In this document: positions 43,298-53,998 of the stretch, piece after piece | How the letters are laid out: each line of letters starts with the position of its first letter | Position numbering within the stretch: the stretch's first letter is position 1 | From: Candidatus Poseidoniales archaeon | Lineage (GTDB): Archaea > Thermoplasmatota > Poseidoniia > Poseidoniales > Poseidoniaceae | DNA length: 64,000 bases | Reading direction: 5' to 3' | NCBI GenBank assembly: GCA_003602415.1 | Contig: QQSK01000011.1 | Location: forward strand, 4,186 to 68,185 | Program-made: the position numbers and the translations under genes | The notes under the pieces: model-generated | The model's database searches: none | What the model was told of the DNA's origin: nothing | Seen by the model: the letters and a program-made list of their open reading frames with translations, nothing else

Positions 43298-44719
43298 ATG
43301 AAGTCTCGAAAATGCAAAGTTCTTGTCGTAGGTGCTGGACCTGGAGGATATGTTGCTGCAATTCGTTCAGCACAATTAGGAATGGACACCATAATCATCG
43401 AAGGTGAAAGAGCAGGAGGAACCTGTTTAATCCGTGGATGTATACCTTCCAAGGCTATGATTCATGCAGCACACAAATTCCACGATTTAGCTAAGCACGC
43501 CAAAGAAGGAGGTCACATGGGAATTTCAATTCCTGGACCTGCTGAATTAGAAATGGCATCGCTGAAAGGATGGAAAGACGATATTGTCGACCGCCTAAAC
43601 AAAGGTGTAGAACACTTGCTAAAGAGTTCTGGAGCAGAGTTGATTACCGGCTGGGCTGAATTCAAAGATGCCAAAACTGTAGTAGTTGGAGATGTACAAA
43701 TCGAAGCTGAGAACGTAATTTTAGCAAATGGTAGTGTACCTATCGAATTGCCATTCATGAAATATGGAGATGGTGTAATCTCTAGTAGAGAAGCCTTGGA
43801 CATAGACGAAAAGTTGGACCACTTAGTCGTTGTCGGAGGAGGATATATCGGACTTGAATTAGGAATTGTTCACAGAATGCTTGGTGCTGAAGTAACAATT
43901 GTTGAGGCCATGGATAGTGTTCTACCTATTTTCGATAAGGAACTGAGAAGACCACTAGAACTATTCCTTAAGAAAAACAAAATCAAGGTAAATACCGGTG
44001 TTTTTGCTAAAGGTGCTGAAAAACTAGACAATGGAAAAATCAAGCTCAACTTCATTGACAAGAATAATGCTGACGATGAATCAAAAATGCAGTCTGTTGA
44101 AGCAGACCGTGTATTGGTAACTGTTGGCCGCAGACCTCGAAGTGAAGGACTTGCACCAACAGGAGTCGCTCTAAACGAGCGTGGATTTGTCAAGGTTAAC
44201 GACCAATGCCAAACCAACATGAAAGGTGTCTATGCTATTGGTGACGTTTCTGACTTAGGAGAAATGTTAGCCCACGTTGCTTCATTCCAAGGAGAAATGG
44301 TGGCTGAGATAATCGCAGGTCACAATCGCGCTTACAATCCGGTGGCTGTCCCTGCAATTGTGTTCACAGAGCCAGAAATCGTCTCTGTAGGTATGTCTCC
44401 TGAAGAAGCCAAAGAAGCAGGTCATCCAGTGATTACTGGTAAGTTCCCCCTCGCAGCCAATGGAAGATCTCTTACTCAAGAAGCCGAAAAGACCGGTGGT
44501 TTTGTTCGTGTAGTTGCTCGTGAAGATGACCACCGAATACTAGGTGTTCAAGCGGTTGGAACACACGTCAGTGAATTGGTTGGCGAATGGACTCTAGCGC
44601 TTGAGATGGGTGCTCTACTCGAAGATATTGCTGGAACTATCCATGCACACCCAACTATGACCGAGATGACGCATGAGGCTGTTTTAGCAACTCTGGGACA
44701 TGCAATTCACATTGCTTGA
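43298..44719 (+). CDS. lpdA: dihydrolipoyl dehydrogenase E3
   Basis: VVGAGPGGY FAD motif, GGTCLIRGCIPSK redox disulfide, C-terminal HAHPTMTE. GAGGT SD before the ATG at 43298. Confidence 0.9.
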   Translation: MKSRKCKVLVVGAGPGGYVAAIRSAQLGMDTIIIEGERAGGTCLIRGCIPSKAMIHAAHKFHDLAKHAKEGGHMGISIPGPAELEMASLKGWKDDIVDRLNKGVEHLLKSSGAELITGWAEFKDAKTVVVGDVQIEAENVILANGSVPIELPFMKYGDGVISSREALDIDEKLDHLVVVGGGYIGLELGIVHRMLGAEVTIVEAMDSVLPIFDKELRRPLELFLKKNKIKVNTGVFAKGAEKLDNGKIKLNFIDKNNADDESKMQSVEADRVLVTVGRRPRSEGLAPTGVALNERGFVKVNDQCQTNMKGVYAIGDVSDLGEMLAHVASFQGEMVAEIIAGHNRAYNPVAVPAIVFTEPEIVSVGMSPEEAKEAGHPVITGKFPLAANGRSLTQEAEKTGGFVRVVAREDDHRILGVQAVGTHVSELVGEWTLALEMGALLEDIAGTIHAHPTMTEMTHEAVLATLGHAIHIA

Positions 44720-44728
44720 TTCGCTCAT

Positions 44729-45511
44729 TCAGAGTAAACTGCCACCGTTCCATTCCAAAACCTGTACCTCAAACCATTCTAACTGTACACCATATTGGAT
44801 GGTAACACTAGGGTCTTGTCTGTCACATTCAATGGTTGAATCTCCCGATTCAACATTTCCTGTGAATTGGAAGAAATATTCTCCTTTTACTTCATCACTA
44901 GTATCAAACATTTCTTCAATTTCTGCAATTGTATATCCTGTGATAAATGGATATGTCTCGAATTCTGGGTATTCCATCAAGAAGATATAGCTATAATCAC
45001 TTGATTGAGTTTCAAATGAGTAACTGTCTGCAGGAGTGCTAAATGTAACTGAGACTGAATCAAGTTCATCTTCTCCAGAATTGATAATGCATCCAGCACC
45101 ACTAGTTTCTTCATTGTCATCTTCATAATCTAGCACTGTAATGAATAATTCAACAGATATAATGTTGCTATTTTTGGCTTCATCAGGAAAATCTTGTTCT
45201 GTTAATGTGAAAGATAGTTCTTCATTATCGCCCAACTCATGATTTACCTGTTCAATCCATGTAATATATCCAAAATCACCATCTATAATGTATTGATTAT
45301 CTCTTTGGTATGCATCATCTTCTTCAGTTTCACCAAAAAATGAATAGACTGGGAGAGCAATAATCATTATAATTACCAATACTGAAATAGTTTGTAGTTT
45401 CTTGTTGCTCTTGTAATTACGAACTGATTTTTGAAAAAAGTTTTCTGACAACAATTCTGCTTCCAGTTCTTCCATACTTAACGAAATTGATAGTATATCA
45501 TAAACTATCAC
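44729..45511 (-). CDS. membrane-anchored acidic hypothetical protein
   Basis: 260-aa ORF with one N-terminal TM helix (ISVLVIIMIIALPVYSFF) and an acidic ectodomain. No family recognised. Confidence 0.5.
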   Translation of the reverse strand: MIVYDILSISLSMEELEAELLSENFFQKSVRNYKSNKKLQTISVLVIIMIIALPVYSFFGETEEDDAYQRDNQYIIDGDFGYITWIEQVNHELGDNEELSFTLTEQDFPDEAKNSNIISVELFITVLDYEDDNEETSGAGCIINSGEDELDSVSVTFSTPADSYSFETQSSDYSYIFLMEYPEFETYPFITGYTIAEIEEMFDTSDEVKGEYFFQFTGNVESGDSTIECDRQDPSVTIQYGVQLEWFEVQVLEWNGGSLL

Positions 45512-45550
45512 CCGTCAATTGGAATTTCGATTTGAAATAATTTCAATTAT

Positions 45551-47308
45551 TCAATCACAGCAACTCTTCTCTAGTGCGTCTTGAGCACAGAAGCAGGTCT
45601 TTGCAGGTACGATATCCGCTCTAGAACTTCTCTCATTGAATAATGCAGTAACTTGTTCTAGTTCTCCTGAAGTATCTCCTCTTGCTTCTAGACATAGTTT
45701 GAGACCTAGTAGTCCCCACATGTTGTCCTTCCATAGTTTGATATCAGCACGATATACTTCTTCTGCTTCTTCAACGTGTCCTTGTTCTAGAAGTAATGCA
45801 CCAAGGATGTGCCTTACAGGTTGCATTTGACCCCAAGGTTCGTTGTATGCTAGATTCAGTGAGAGATCTACGCCTCTACGCAATTCATCGAATGCGGCTG
45901 TAAAGTCATGGGATTCACCGTTTGCCTTTGCTAGGAATTGTCTGCGATATTCGATTTCAGCCTCAAGAATTGCGGCGTTAACATTCAGGATTGAAGGCCC
46001 TTCTGCTGGGTCTTGATACATGAAATTGTTATGCATGACTCTTCCAGCTAGTGCAGGGTTCTCAAGCGCCTGCTTGAACAATACTTGCTCTGCTTCTGCT
46101 TCAGGGACCATTCCCTTGGATGCGTAAGCAACACCTCTTGCGTAGTGCTGAGTAGCAATTGCTGCAGGGAATACATCCTTGTCGGTATGCATAGGTTCTG
46201 CTAAAATTTCATCCCACTTTCCGAATCTAATCATTACATGCCATGGCATAGTTACATATGATTCTAGGAATATTGCACCCATTGGAATAATTCCTGCAAG
46301 CATGAATTGTACACCGGAGTTTTCATCACCTGCAGGTAGTGTAGATACGGCTTTTCTTGCGTACTTCAATGCTGTTTGGTATTGACCATCGAACATTGCA
46401 CACCAGACAACGAAATGGTGATTGTGCATACGATAGAATTTGTAAAACTGGGATTCATTTCCAGTTAATTCAACATATTTGTCATCGGCTTCTACAGCTG
46501 CAATATTACAATCAATCGCTTCTTTCCATTGGCCAACCCATGCATCGATGTGAGATGGCATGTGTACTAGGTGCCCCAATCCTGGCATTCTTGTACGTAG
46601 TACATCTGCTGCAGGAAGTGCTTTTTCAGGGAATGGTGATAATTCTAGAGCGTGGCAATATAGGTGGCACAAAGCAGGATGAACTTTTGCTTCTTCGCTA
46701 CCATCGAATGCTTCTTCCATGATTTTTACCAGAAGGAGTGTGTTGTCATCTGCTGGAGTTATTTCACCAGTTGCTGTGTTTTTGTCCCATAGTTGCCATG
46801 CTTTGAGGTTCATTAGAGCCTCAACATAAATCGCAGTAACATCGAGATTGCCGGCGTACTTTTCGTATAGTGGCGCCATTGCTTCAGCAAATGCTACGTT
46901 TAATTCAGGATCATTTCCCATGTTCAAAACTGATGGGTCGGCTGCATCACGAGCTTCTGCGGAGTGTCGAGTAGATAGTGCCCTAATCAGATCTTGTTCC
47001 AACTCAGAGCAATGGTCCATAACAGATAGAGCCTGTTGAATTGCATCGTGTCCAGAACCCAAACCTGGAGCCCAGTTGTAATTTGAAGATACACAATATG
47101 CGATTCCCCACCATGCCATAGCGCAATTTGGATCGATTTCTGTACATTTTGAGAAACAAGCGATTGCTTGTTCGTGATTGTAATTCAGCATATGGCCAAA
47201 CGCTTCAACATACATTTTTCTTGCTTCATCATTAGCGCAAGTAATCTGTGTAGCAAAGTAATAATTCGAGTTTTCTCCATAGTCATAGTCTGTTGGTGCG
47301 AACGACAT
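45551..47308 (-). CDS. large TPR-like helical-repeat protein with Cys-rich C-terminus
   Basis: 585 aa. NHEQAIACFSKCTEIDPNCAMAWWGIAYCVSSNYNW and repeated helical pairs. Ends with KTCFCAQDALEKSCCD. Confidence 0.6.
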   Translation of the reverse strand: MSFAPTDYDYGENSNYYFATQITCANDEARKMYVEAFGHMLNYNHEQAIACFSKCTEIDPNCAMAWWGIAYCVSSNYNWAPGLGSGHDAIQQALSVMDHCSELEQDLIRALSTRHSAEARDAADPSVLNMGNDPELNVAFAEAMAPLYEKYAGNLDVTAIYVEALMNLKAWQLWDKNTATGEITPADDNTLLLVKIMEEAFDGSEEAKVHPALCHLYCHALELSPFPEKALPAADVLRTRMPGLGHLVHMPSHIDAWVGQWKEAIDCNIAAVEADDKYVELTGNESQFYKFYRMHNHHFVVWCAMFDGQYQTALKYARKAVSTLPAGDENSGVQFMLAGIIPMGAIFLESYVTMPWHVMIRFGKWDEILAEPMHTDKDVFPAAIATQHYARGVAYASKGMVPEAEAEQVLFKQALENPALAGRVMHNNFMYQDPAEGPSILNVNAAILEAEIEYRRQFLAKANGESHDFTAAFDELRRGVDLSLNLAYNEPWGQMQPVRHILGALLLEQGHVEEAEEVYRADIKLWKDNMWGLLGLKLCLEARGDTSGELEQVTALFNERSSRADIVPAKTCFCAQDALEKSCCD

Positions 47309-47436
47309 ATATGGTCCTATTTTGGCTGGAATATAAGTTCACTGTAACTAAAATAATGATTAATATTGCATATAGTAGAATTTACTGTAAAATCCAAATG
47401 CAAACTCAATTGAGCATTTGAGAAATTTTACTCAAA

Positions 47437-49830
47437 TCATGACCCGCACATTAGACAGTCATCAGGAGCGTCTAGCGAACAAGCGATGGCTTCCAGACTG
47501 GTTGCTTCATCTGCTCTATTAGCTAAGCCTTCAACAGTTTCGTCTTCTGAGGCTTTCTGCTCGACTGTAAATTGGATTGCATCTGCTGCAGCCTTGGTTC
47601 GAAGATAGTACATTCCTGTCTTCAATCCCTTTCTCCATCCATAGAAGTGCATGGAAGTAACCTTAGCAGGGTTAGCATCAATCATGTGAATATTCAATGA
47701 TTGACTTTGATCGATGTATGCACCACGGTCAGCAGCCATGTCGATGACATGCTTCTGCTTGATTTCCCATGTTGTCTTATACAATTCTTTCAAATCTTCA
47801 GGAATTCCTGCGATTGCCTGAACACTTCCCTTATGCCTTAGAATCTCATTCTTCATATCTAAAGACCACATTCCTCTAGAGATTAAGTCCCTAACAAGGT
47901 GCTTATTCAATACAATGAATTCTCCAGAGAGAGTTCTTCTGACATATAGATTCGAAGTGAATGCTTCGAAACATTCGTTGTTTCCTAAAATCTGGCTAGT
48001 GGATGCAGTAGGCATTGGAGCTAGCATCAATGAATTACGAAGACCGTGCTTCATGATATCTGCCTTCAGAGTGTCCCAATCCCATCGTCCAGAGTGGTCG
48101 GTTACACCCCATAGGTCAGGCTGTAGTAATCCCTGGCTAGCAGGTGAGCCTTCGAAGGTAGAATATGGGCCCTCTTCCTTTGCTGCATCCATGCTCGCTG
48201 TGCAAGACGCAAAGTAGATTGTCTCGAATATCTCACGGTTTAGTTGTCGTGCTTGTTCGGATTCAAAAGGCATCTTTAGCATGGCGAAAGTATCAGCTAA
48301 TCCCTGAACACCAAGACCGATAGGTCGATGACGCATGTTAGAATTTCTTGCTTCCTTTACTGGGTAGAAGTTGACATCTATGACTCTGTTTAGATTTCCT
48401 GTAGCATGGTAGGTGACATCGAATAATTTCTGATGATCAAATTCACCATCAGCAGCATTGACGAACTTTGGAAGTGCGATAGATGCCAAGTTACAGACTG
48501 CTACTTCATCAGGAGCGGTATACTCAATGATTTCAGTGCACAGATTGGATGAACGGATAGTTCCTAGATTCTTCTGGTTAGATTTCTCATTACATGCATC
48601 CTTGTATAGCATGTAAGGAGTTCCTGTCTCTATTTGAGATTGGGTGATTGCATCCCATAATTCACGTGCTTTGATTGTCCTACGTGCACGTCCTTCGGAC
48701 TCATACTTTGCATACAGAGCACGGAATTCATCACCGTATGTATCGTGAAGTCCAGGGCATTCATTAGGACAGAATAGTGACCATTCTCCATTAGCTTCTA
48801 CTCTTTCCATGAATAGGTCTGGAGTCCATAATGCGTAGAATAAATCTCTAGCCCTCATCTCTTCCTTACCATGGTTCTTTCTTAGGTCAAGGAATTCGAA
48901 GATATCTGGGTGCCAAGGTTCTAGATAGATAGCGATACTACCTTTTCTCTTTCCTCCACCTTGGTCTACATACCTTGCAGTATCATTGAAGACTCGAAGC
49001 ATTGGAACAAGACCGTTGGAGTGGCCATTGGTTCCCTTGATGTACGAACCCTTTGATCTGATTTGGTGGATAGACAATCCAATACCACCTGCGGATTTGG
49101 AAATCCTTGCACATTGCTTGAGAGTATCATAAATTCCGTCCAGTGAGTCTTCCTGCATAGTTAGAAGGAAACATGAGGACATCTGTGGAGTTGGAGTTCC
49201 AGAATTGAAAAGTGTTGGTGTGGCGTGTGTGAACCAGCCCTCACTCATCAAGTCATAAGTTTCCAAAGCCTTCTCGATTTTACCGTGATGGATTCCTACT
49301 GCCACTCGCATTAGCATATGCTGGGGCCTTTCTACCACATTACCATCCAACCTAAGTAGGTATGAACGTTCTAAGGTCTTGAAACCGAAGTAATCGTAGT
49401 TGTGGTCTCTATCATAATCGATATGAGAGTTGAGAACATCCTTGTTTGCCATAATGATGTCAAATACTTCTTCAGAAATTAAAGGCGCATGCTTTCCAGA
49501 TTCAGGGTCTACATAATTTCTCAAATCTGAAACTACATCAGTGAACACATCTTTGGTAGAACGGTGGAGATTATCTACGCAAATACGTGCTGCAAGTTTG
49601 GAATAATCAGGGTGCTGTGCAGCTAAGGATGCTGCTGTTTCAGCAGCCAATTCATCTAATTCTGAAGTGGTAACACCATCATATAGTCCCTCGATAACTA
49701 ACTTGGTTAGCATACCTGGATCTACCCAATCTGTGTTTAATCCAACTGAAAGGTTTGTCAATTTCTCTTGAATTGCATCAAACCTAACATCTTCCTTATC
49801 TCCATTCCTTTTTACTACTTGTAGACCCAT
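47437..49830 (-). CDS. nrdA: ribonucleoside-diphosphate reductase, class Ia large subunit (eukaryote-like R1)
   Basis: ATP-cone [20 protein letters not shown], active-site [12 protein letters not shown]-terminal tail ..DDCLMCGS. Confidence 0.9.
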   Translation of the reverse strand: MGLQVVKRNGDKEDVRFDAIQEKLTNLSVGLNTDWVDPGMLTKLVIEGLYDGVTTSELDELAAETAASLAAQHPDYSKLAARICVDNLHRSTKDVFTDVVSDLRNYVDPESGKHAPLISEEVFDIIMANKDVLNSHIDYDRDHNYDYFGFKTLERSYLLRLDGNVVERPQHMLMRVAVGIHHGKIEKALETYDLMSEGWFTHATPTLFNSGTPTPQMSSCFLLTMQEDSLDGIYDTLKQCARISKSAGGIGLSIHQIRSKGSYIKGTNGHSNGLVPMLRVFNDTARYVDQGGGKRKGSIAIYLEPWHPDIFEFLDLRKNHGKEEMRARDLFYALWTPDLFMERVEANGEWSLFCPNECPGLHDTYGDEFRALYAKYESEGRARRTIKARELWDAITQSQIETGTPYMLYKDACNEKSNQKNLGTIRSSNLCTEIIEYTAPDEVAVCNLASIALPKFVNAADGEFDHQKLFDVTYHATGNLNRVIDVNFYPVKEARNSNMRHRPIGLGVQGLADTFAMLKMPFESEQARQLNREIFETIYFASCTASMDAAKEEGPYSTFEGSPASQGLLQPDLWGVTDHSGRWDWDTLKADIMKHGLRNSLMLAPMPTASTSQILGNNECFEAFTSNLYVRRTLSGEFIVLNKHLVRDLISRGMWSLDMKNEILRHKGSVQAIAGIPEDLKELYKTTWEIKQKHVIDMAADRGAYIDQSQSLNIHMIDANPAKVTSMHFYGWRKGLKTGMYYLRTKAAADAIQFTVEQKASEDETVEGLANRADEATSLEAIACSLDAPDDCLMCGS

Positions 49831-49892
49831 ATTTCTGTCCCCCTAATTCATTACATGTGAGCGTGAAGCATCCTACCTCCAACGCGGACGGT

Positions 49893-50927
49893 TTAGAAGT
49901 CTTCCTCCATTGAGAAGCGTTGTTGTACCGCTCCGAGACTGGATGAACCCATTACGCCAGCCTTCTGATATTCTCCGACTCTCTTCTCGAAGAAGTTCGT
50001 CTTTCCTTGCATAGAAATCATTTCCATCCAAGGGAATGGGTTTTCCGCGTTGTACAATTTAGTAGCTCCTAGAGAGACAAGAAGTCTATCCGCTACAAAG
50101 TGAATGTATTGTTTCATTAGATCTGCATTCATTCCAATCAATGATACAGGAAGTGCGCTGGTGACGAACTCAATTTCGATTTCTACTGCTTCTGAAATGA
50201 TTTGTTGAATCTTCATTTCTCCAGCGCCTCTAACGAGATTGGAATGCAATAAGCAAGCGAAATCACAGTGAAGACCTTCATCTCTGCTAATCAATTCGTT
50301 AGAGAATGTCAGACCTGGCATCAATCCACGCTTCTTTAGCCAGAAAATCGCACAGAATGAACCAGAGAAAAATATCCCTTCAACCGCAGCAAATGCAACA
50401 AGTCTCTCTGCGAAAGAGGCTCGCTTTCTATCTAGCCAGCGCAATGCCCACTTACCTTTCTTCTCGACAGATGGTACTGTTTCTAGTGCTTTGAATAAGT
50501 GATCTTTCTCGTTAGGGTCTTTGATGTAAGTATCAATCAATAGAGAATAGGTTTCTGCGTGAATATTTTCCATCATAATCTGGAATCCGTAGAATGTACG
50601 AGCTTCAGCCCATTGTACTTCATTGGCAAAATTCACAACCAGATTTTCATTTACGATACCATCGGATGCTGCAAAGAATGCTAAAACATGTTTCAGGAAA
50701 TGTTGCTCATCTGAAGAAAGGGATTCCCAATCTTTTGCATCTTCAGCAAGATCTATCTCTTCTGCAGTCCAAAAAGACGCAGCATGTTGCTTATACATTT
50801 CCCACACCTCAGAGTGTTCTATAGGGAATAGAACGAATCTATCTAAAGATTCTTTGAGCATTGGCTCAACAAATTCTGATGAAAGGTCTAAATCGAAGCC
50901 GTCTTGCTTTTGAGATTCTGGTTGCAT
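49893..50927 (-). CDS. nrdB: ribonucleoside-diphosphate reductase, class Ia small subunit (eukaryote-like R2)
   Basis: Di-iron/tyrosyl motifs [52 protein letters not shown]-terminus FSMEEDF. Confidence 0.9.
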   Translation of the reverse strand: MQPESQKQDGFDLDLSSEFVEPMLKESLDRFVLFPIEHSEVWEMYKQHAASFWTAEEIDLAEDAKDWESLSSDEQHFLKHVLAFFAASDGIVNENLVVNFANEVQWAEARTFYGFQIMMENIHAETYSLLIDTYIKDPNEKDHLFKALETVPSVEKKGKWALRWLDRKRASFAERLVAFAAVEGIFFSGSFCAIFWLKKRGLMPGLTFSNELISRDEGLHCDFACLLHSNLVRGAGEMKIQQIISEAVEIEIEFVTSALPVSLIGMNADLMKQYIHFVADRLLVSLGATKLYNAENPFPWMEMISMQGKTNFFEKRVGEYQKAGVMGSSSLGAVQQRFSMEEDF

Positions 50928-50996
50928 TTTGTCTCCCTCCCATTTTTCACCCGAGGTGGATTTTGTTGGCCGTAGAAACGGGCCTATAAGGTTGTG

Positions 50997-51089
50997 TAAA
51001 CCTCCTCCTATTTTCGAGCCGATTATGGCACTAACATTTCAGTGTCAGACTCCATGCTACCAGCGTCGGAGGTTTATGATATCTATCAT
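50997..51089. promoter_or_regulatory. long-range 9-bp inverted repeat plus ATGATA-TC-TATCAT palindrome in the nrdB/dut divergent region
   Basis: TAAACCTCC (50997-51005) pairs with GGAGGTTTA (51068-51076). A perfect 6-bp palindrome lies at 51076-51089. Confidence 0.3.
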
Positions 51090-51172
51090 TTATTTTTGAT
51101 AACAAAATCTAGTGATTTTAGACCCAGAACGCTAACCAAAGGCTTGAGAGCCCCCTCTTACTAGGATGTACC

Positions 51173-51622
51173 ATGAGAGATGAAGTCGAAGTGCTATTCG
51201 CCAAATTAGACCCTGAAGCGGCGGCACCAACTCAAGGCTCCAAATCTGCCGCCGGCTGGGATTTAAGAGCACTAGAAGATACAGTGGTAACCAGAGGCAG
51301 TTCTACAAAAATTAGAACGGGATTAGCAGTAGCAATTCCAGAGGGATGGGAGGGGCAAATTCGGTCACGTTCTTCCTTAGGAGCAAAGGGCATGATTATG
51401 CCTAATGGTGTTGGAACAATCGATTCAGATTACAGAGGAGAACTAATGATATTAGCAACTTGGATTGGAGAAGGAGATTCCATCCATTTATCCAAAGGCG
51501 AGAGAATTGCACAGATGCTTATTGCACCAGTTCCTCAGACTAGTTACAGAGAAGTAAGCGTTGATGATTTATCTAAAACCGAAAGAGGAGAAGGCGGTTT
51601 TGGAAGTAGCGGTAGATTTTGA
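51173..51622 (+). CDS. dut: dUTP diphosphatase (trimeric)
   Basis: AAGWDLRA, RSRSSLG, GTIDSDYRGE, C-terminal RGEGGFGSSG. Confidence 0.9.
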   Translation: MRDEVEVLFAKLDPEAAAPTQGSKSAAGWDLRALEDTVVTRGSSTKIRTGLAVAIPEGWEGQIRSRSSLGAKGMIMPNGVGTIDSDYRGELMILATWIGEGDSIHLSKGERIAQMLIAPVPQTSYREVSVDDLSKTERGEGGFGSSGRF

Positions 51623-51631
51623 GGCGATACT

Positions 51632-52261
51632 TTGCGTGAATTTGTAATCAGTGACCTTGGGATAATATCTCACTCTGATGCCGATCAAATCATGAGAGAA
51701 ATGCAGCAGAAAAGAATCGCAGACCAGATTTTAGACACCTTATTGATTTGTGAACATGAAGAAATTGTCACTATCGGTCCTCGAGCAAGAAATGATGGAA
51801 TAAGCCCTCCCAGTGATTATGCAACAGCTCCTGTCGACAGAGGAGGAGGCCTTACATGGCATGGACCTGGACAATTGGTATTGTATCCGATATTCAAATG
51901 GGACCAAGATGGAGAGTCTAATGTTAAAGCTATCATATCAATTTTAGAAGACTGGGTAATAGATGCATTATCTACACACAATATCCAAGGCGTAAGAGAT
52001 GATAGAATGCAAGGCGTTTGGATTGGTGGGAACAAAATCTGCTCGATAGGCCTCTCATTCCTCAGATGGACCAGCCGTCATGGACTTACAATAAACTGTA
52101 ATACTCCTCCTGGAAGAGTGGAAATGGTAAGCGGTTGTGGATTGGGTCAAGACACTACAACAAGTCTTTCCGCACTGGGCTATGATATATCCAAAGATGA
52201 CATTTTAGATTCACTACTAAAACATACATCAGCAATTTCTAGAAGATTGATAACCCATTAA
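51632..52261 (+). CDS. lipB: octanoyltransferase (lipoyl(octanoyl) transferase)
   Basis: VDRGGGLTWHGPGQLVLYPI and GNKICSIGL (catalytic Lys/Cys region). TTG start. Confidence 0.8.
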   Translation: MREFVISDLGIISHSDADQIMREMQQKRIADQILDTLLICEHEEIVTIGPRARNDGISPPSDYATAPVDRGGGLTWHGPGQLVLYPIFKWDQDGESNVKAIISILEDWVIDALSTHNIQGVRDDRMQGVWIGGNKICSIGLSFLRWTSRHGLTINCNTPPGRVEMVSGCGLGQDTTTSLSALGYDISKDDILDSLLKHTSAISRRLITH

Positions 52262-52292
52262 TGTTCATTAATTGAATCGTAATCAGAGAGTT

Positions 52293-53405
52293 ATGGAAGT
52301 ATATCACCCGACTGCAGGAAAACCAGCAAAGGGCTCTGAAATTCCCCCAGTATCATATCTAAAATGGTACATTCCAAGGCTCAAAGAAATGAGGCCTCAT
52401 AACCTTTCATTTTCGGGATTACAATTCCCATGGGATTTGGATTCTATCGATGAGATTTGGAAAGACCACAGAGGACCTGGAATTGATGATAGAAGACTAG
52501 TTAGCGAAATGTACGACATTCCTGTAGAGAATGTTCTTCTTTGCCATGGAGCCACTCAAGCGATTAATATCGCTATATCTTCTGCCTCTAGAGGAGGAAA
52601 GGTTGCTGTGGAAATGCCATCATATGGCCCATTGAGTCAATCTGCAAGAATACTTGGACTTGAGACAATTGTAGTTCGCCGAAAACCAACTGAGGCGGCA
52701 TGGGAAATCGATAGGGATGAATGGAAAGATGCTCTATCACAAGTTGATCTACTGATGATATGCCCTCAACTGAATCCGGTAGGTTGGTGCTACACAGATG
52801 AGGATCGAGCCTGGATAGTACAAACATGTAGAGACAATGATGTTCGAATTATCAGTGACGAAGTTTATTCGGGCGCTATCAAAGACTGGAAACCTTTCTT
52901 CAAGGAAGGAGATAATTGCATATCATTATCTTCACTAACTAAAATTCACGGACTAGGACAGATACGCTATGGCTGGATGATTGCCAGCAAAGAAATTATT
53001 CAAAATGCAGAAAATACATTTCACAATATGGCTGGAATTATGTCATCCCCGGTAATTCGAATCGCCGAGCGACTAAAGCCAAGGCTTAACGAACCTGTAG
53101 AATTGATTGAAGAATACAGAAAACTGAATCTTCCTGTACTCCAAGAAACTCTTGAAAGGTTAGGAATTAATTGGACACCACCGCCATATGGTGTCTTTGG
53201 CGCATTCAAAGTTCCCGGCATCAATACTATGGAAATGATCGACACTATTGGAAAAGAGCATGGACTACTTGCAGTACCAGGATGTATGTTCGATTCTGGA
53301 TTGGATGAATGGTTGCGAGTAGGTTGGTCTATAGACCATGAATCATTTTGCAAAGCCGTAAAGGTTTTAGAAACTGTACTGCGTACAGCCATTTACATAA
53401 CTTGA
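52293..53405 (+). CDS. class I/II PLP-dependent aminotransferase-fold enzyme
   Basis: HGATQAINI, SDEVYSG, and LSSLTKIHGLGQIRYGWMIA (PLP lysine). The start is ATG 52293 or TTG 52272. Specificity unknown. Confidence 0.7.
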   Translation: MEVYHPTAGKPAKGSEIPPVSYLKWYIPRLKEMRPHNLSFSGLQFPWDLDSIDEIWKDHRGPGIDDRRLVSEMYDIPVENVLLCHGATQAINIAISSASRGGKVAVEMPSYGPLSQSARILGLETIVVRRKPTEAAWEIDRDEWKDALSQVDLLMICPQLNPVGWCYTDEDRAWIVQTCRDNDVRIISDEVYSGAIKDWKPFFKEGDNCISLSSLTKIHGLGQIRYGWMIASKEIIQNAENTFHNMAGIMSSPVIRIAERLKPRLNEPVELIEEYRKLNLPVLQETLERLGINWTPPPYGVFGAFKVPGINTMEMIDTIGKEHGLLAVPGCMFDSGLDEWLRVGWSIDHESFCKAVKVLETVLRTAIYIT

Positions 53406-53431
53406 TACATGATTCCGACCGAGATTAGTTC

Positions 53432-53998
53432 ATGGGCGAGGTTGTTTTGGTTATCTCTGGCGCTTCTGGCGCCGCTTACGGAGTTAGGTTAGCCGAGATT
53501 TTAGGTCAAGATGTAAGATTGGTTGTTACCGAATCCGGAAGACTGACCATGGCCCATGAATGTGAAGGATTAACGCCTGAAGATTTAGCCAAGAGAACTG
53601 GAGCAATTCTTGAGAATAATGATGATATTGCAGCCAAGTCGGCATCTGGTTCTGCTGCTATTGATGCTGTAGTAATATGCCCTTGTAGTGGAACAACTCT
53701 TGGAAAACTTGCGGCAGGAATTGGTGACAATCTTGCAACAAGATCTGCGATTGTAGCTATGAAGGAAAGAAGAAACTTGATTGTCGTGCCACGTGAAGCC
53801 CCTTATGCAACCGTTCATCTTGAGAACATGGCCAAACTTTCTGGCTGGGGTGTGACAGTAATTCCTGCATCTCCTGGCTTCTATAATCTTCCAAAAACCA
53901 TGGAAGATTTGATTGACTTTGTAGTATCACGTATCCTTGACCACCTTGACCGAGACAACGACTTAACCAAGCGCTGGACTGGAGATGAACTGAAATGA
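53432..53998 (+). CDS. ubiX: flavin prenyltransferase UbiX/Pad1 family
   Basis: VISGASGAAYGVRL, PCSGTTLGKLAAGIGDNLATRSA, KERRNLIVVPREAPYATVHLENM. Confidence 0.85.
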   Translation: MGEVVLVISGASGAAYGVRLAEILGQDVRLVVTESGRLTMAHECEGLTPEDLAKRTGAILENNDDIAAKSASGSAAIDAVVICPCSGTTLGKLAAGIGDNLATRSAIVAMKERRNLIVVPREAPYATVHLENMAKLSGWGVTVIPASPGFYNLPKTMEDLIDFVVSRILDHLDRDNDLTKRWTGDELK

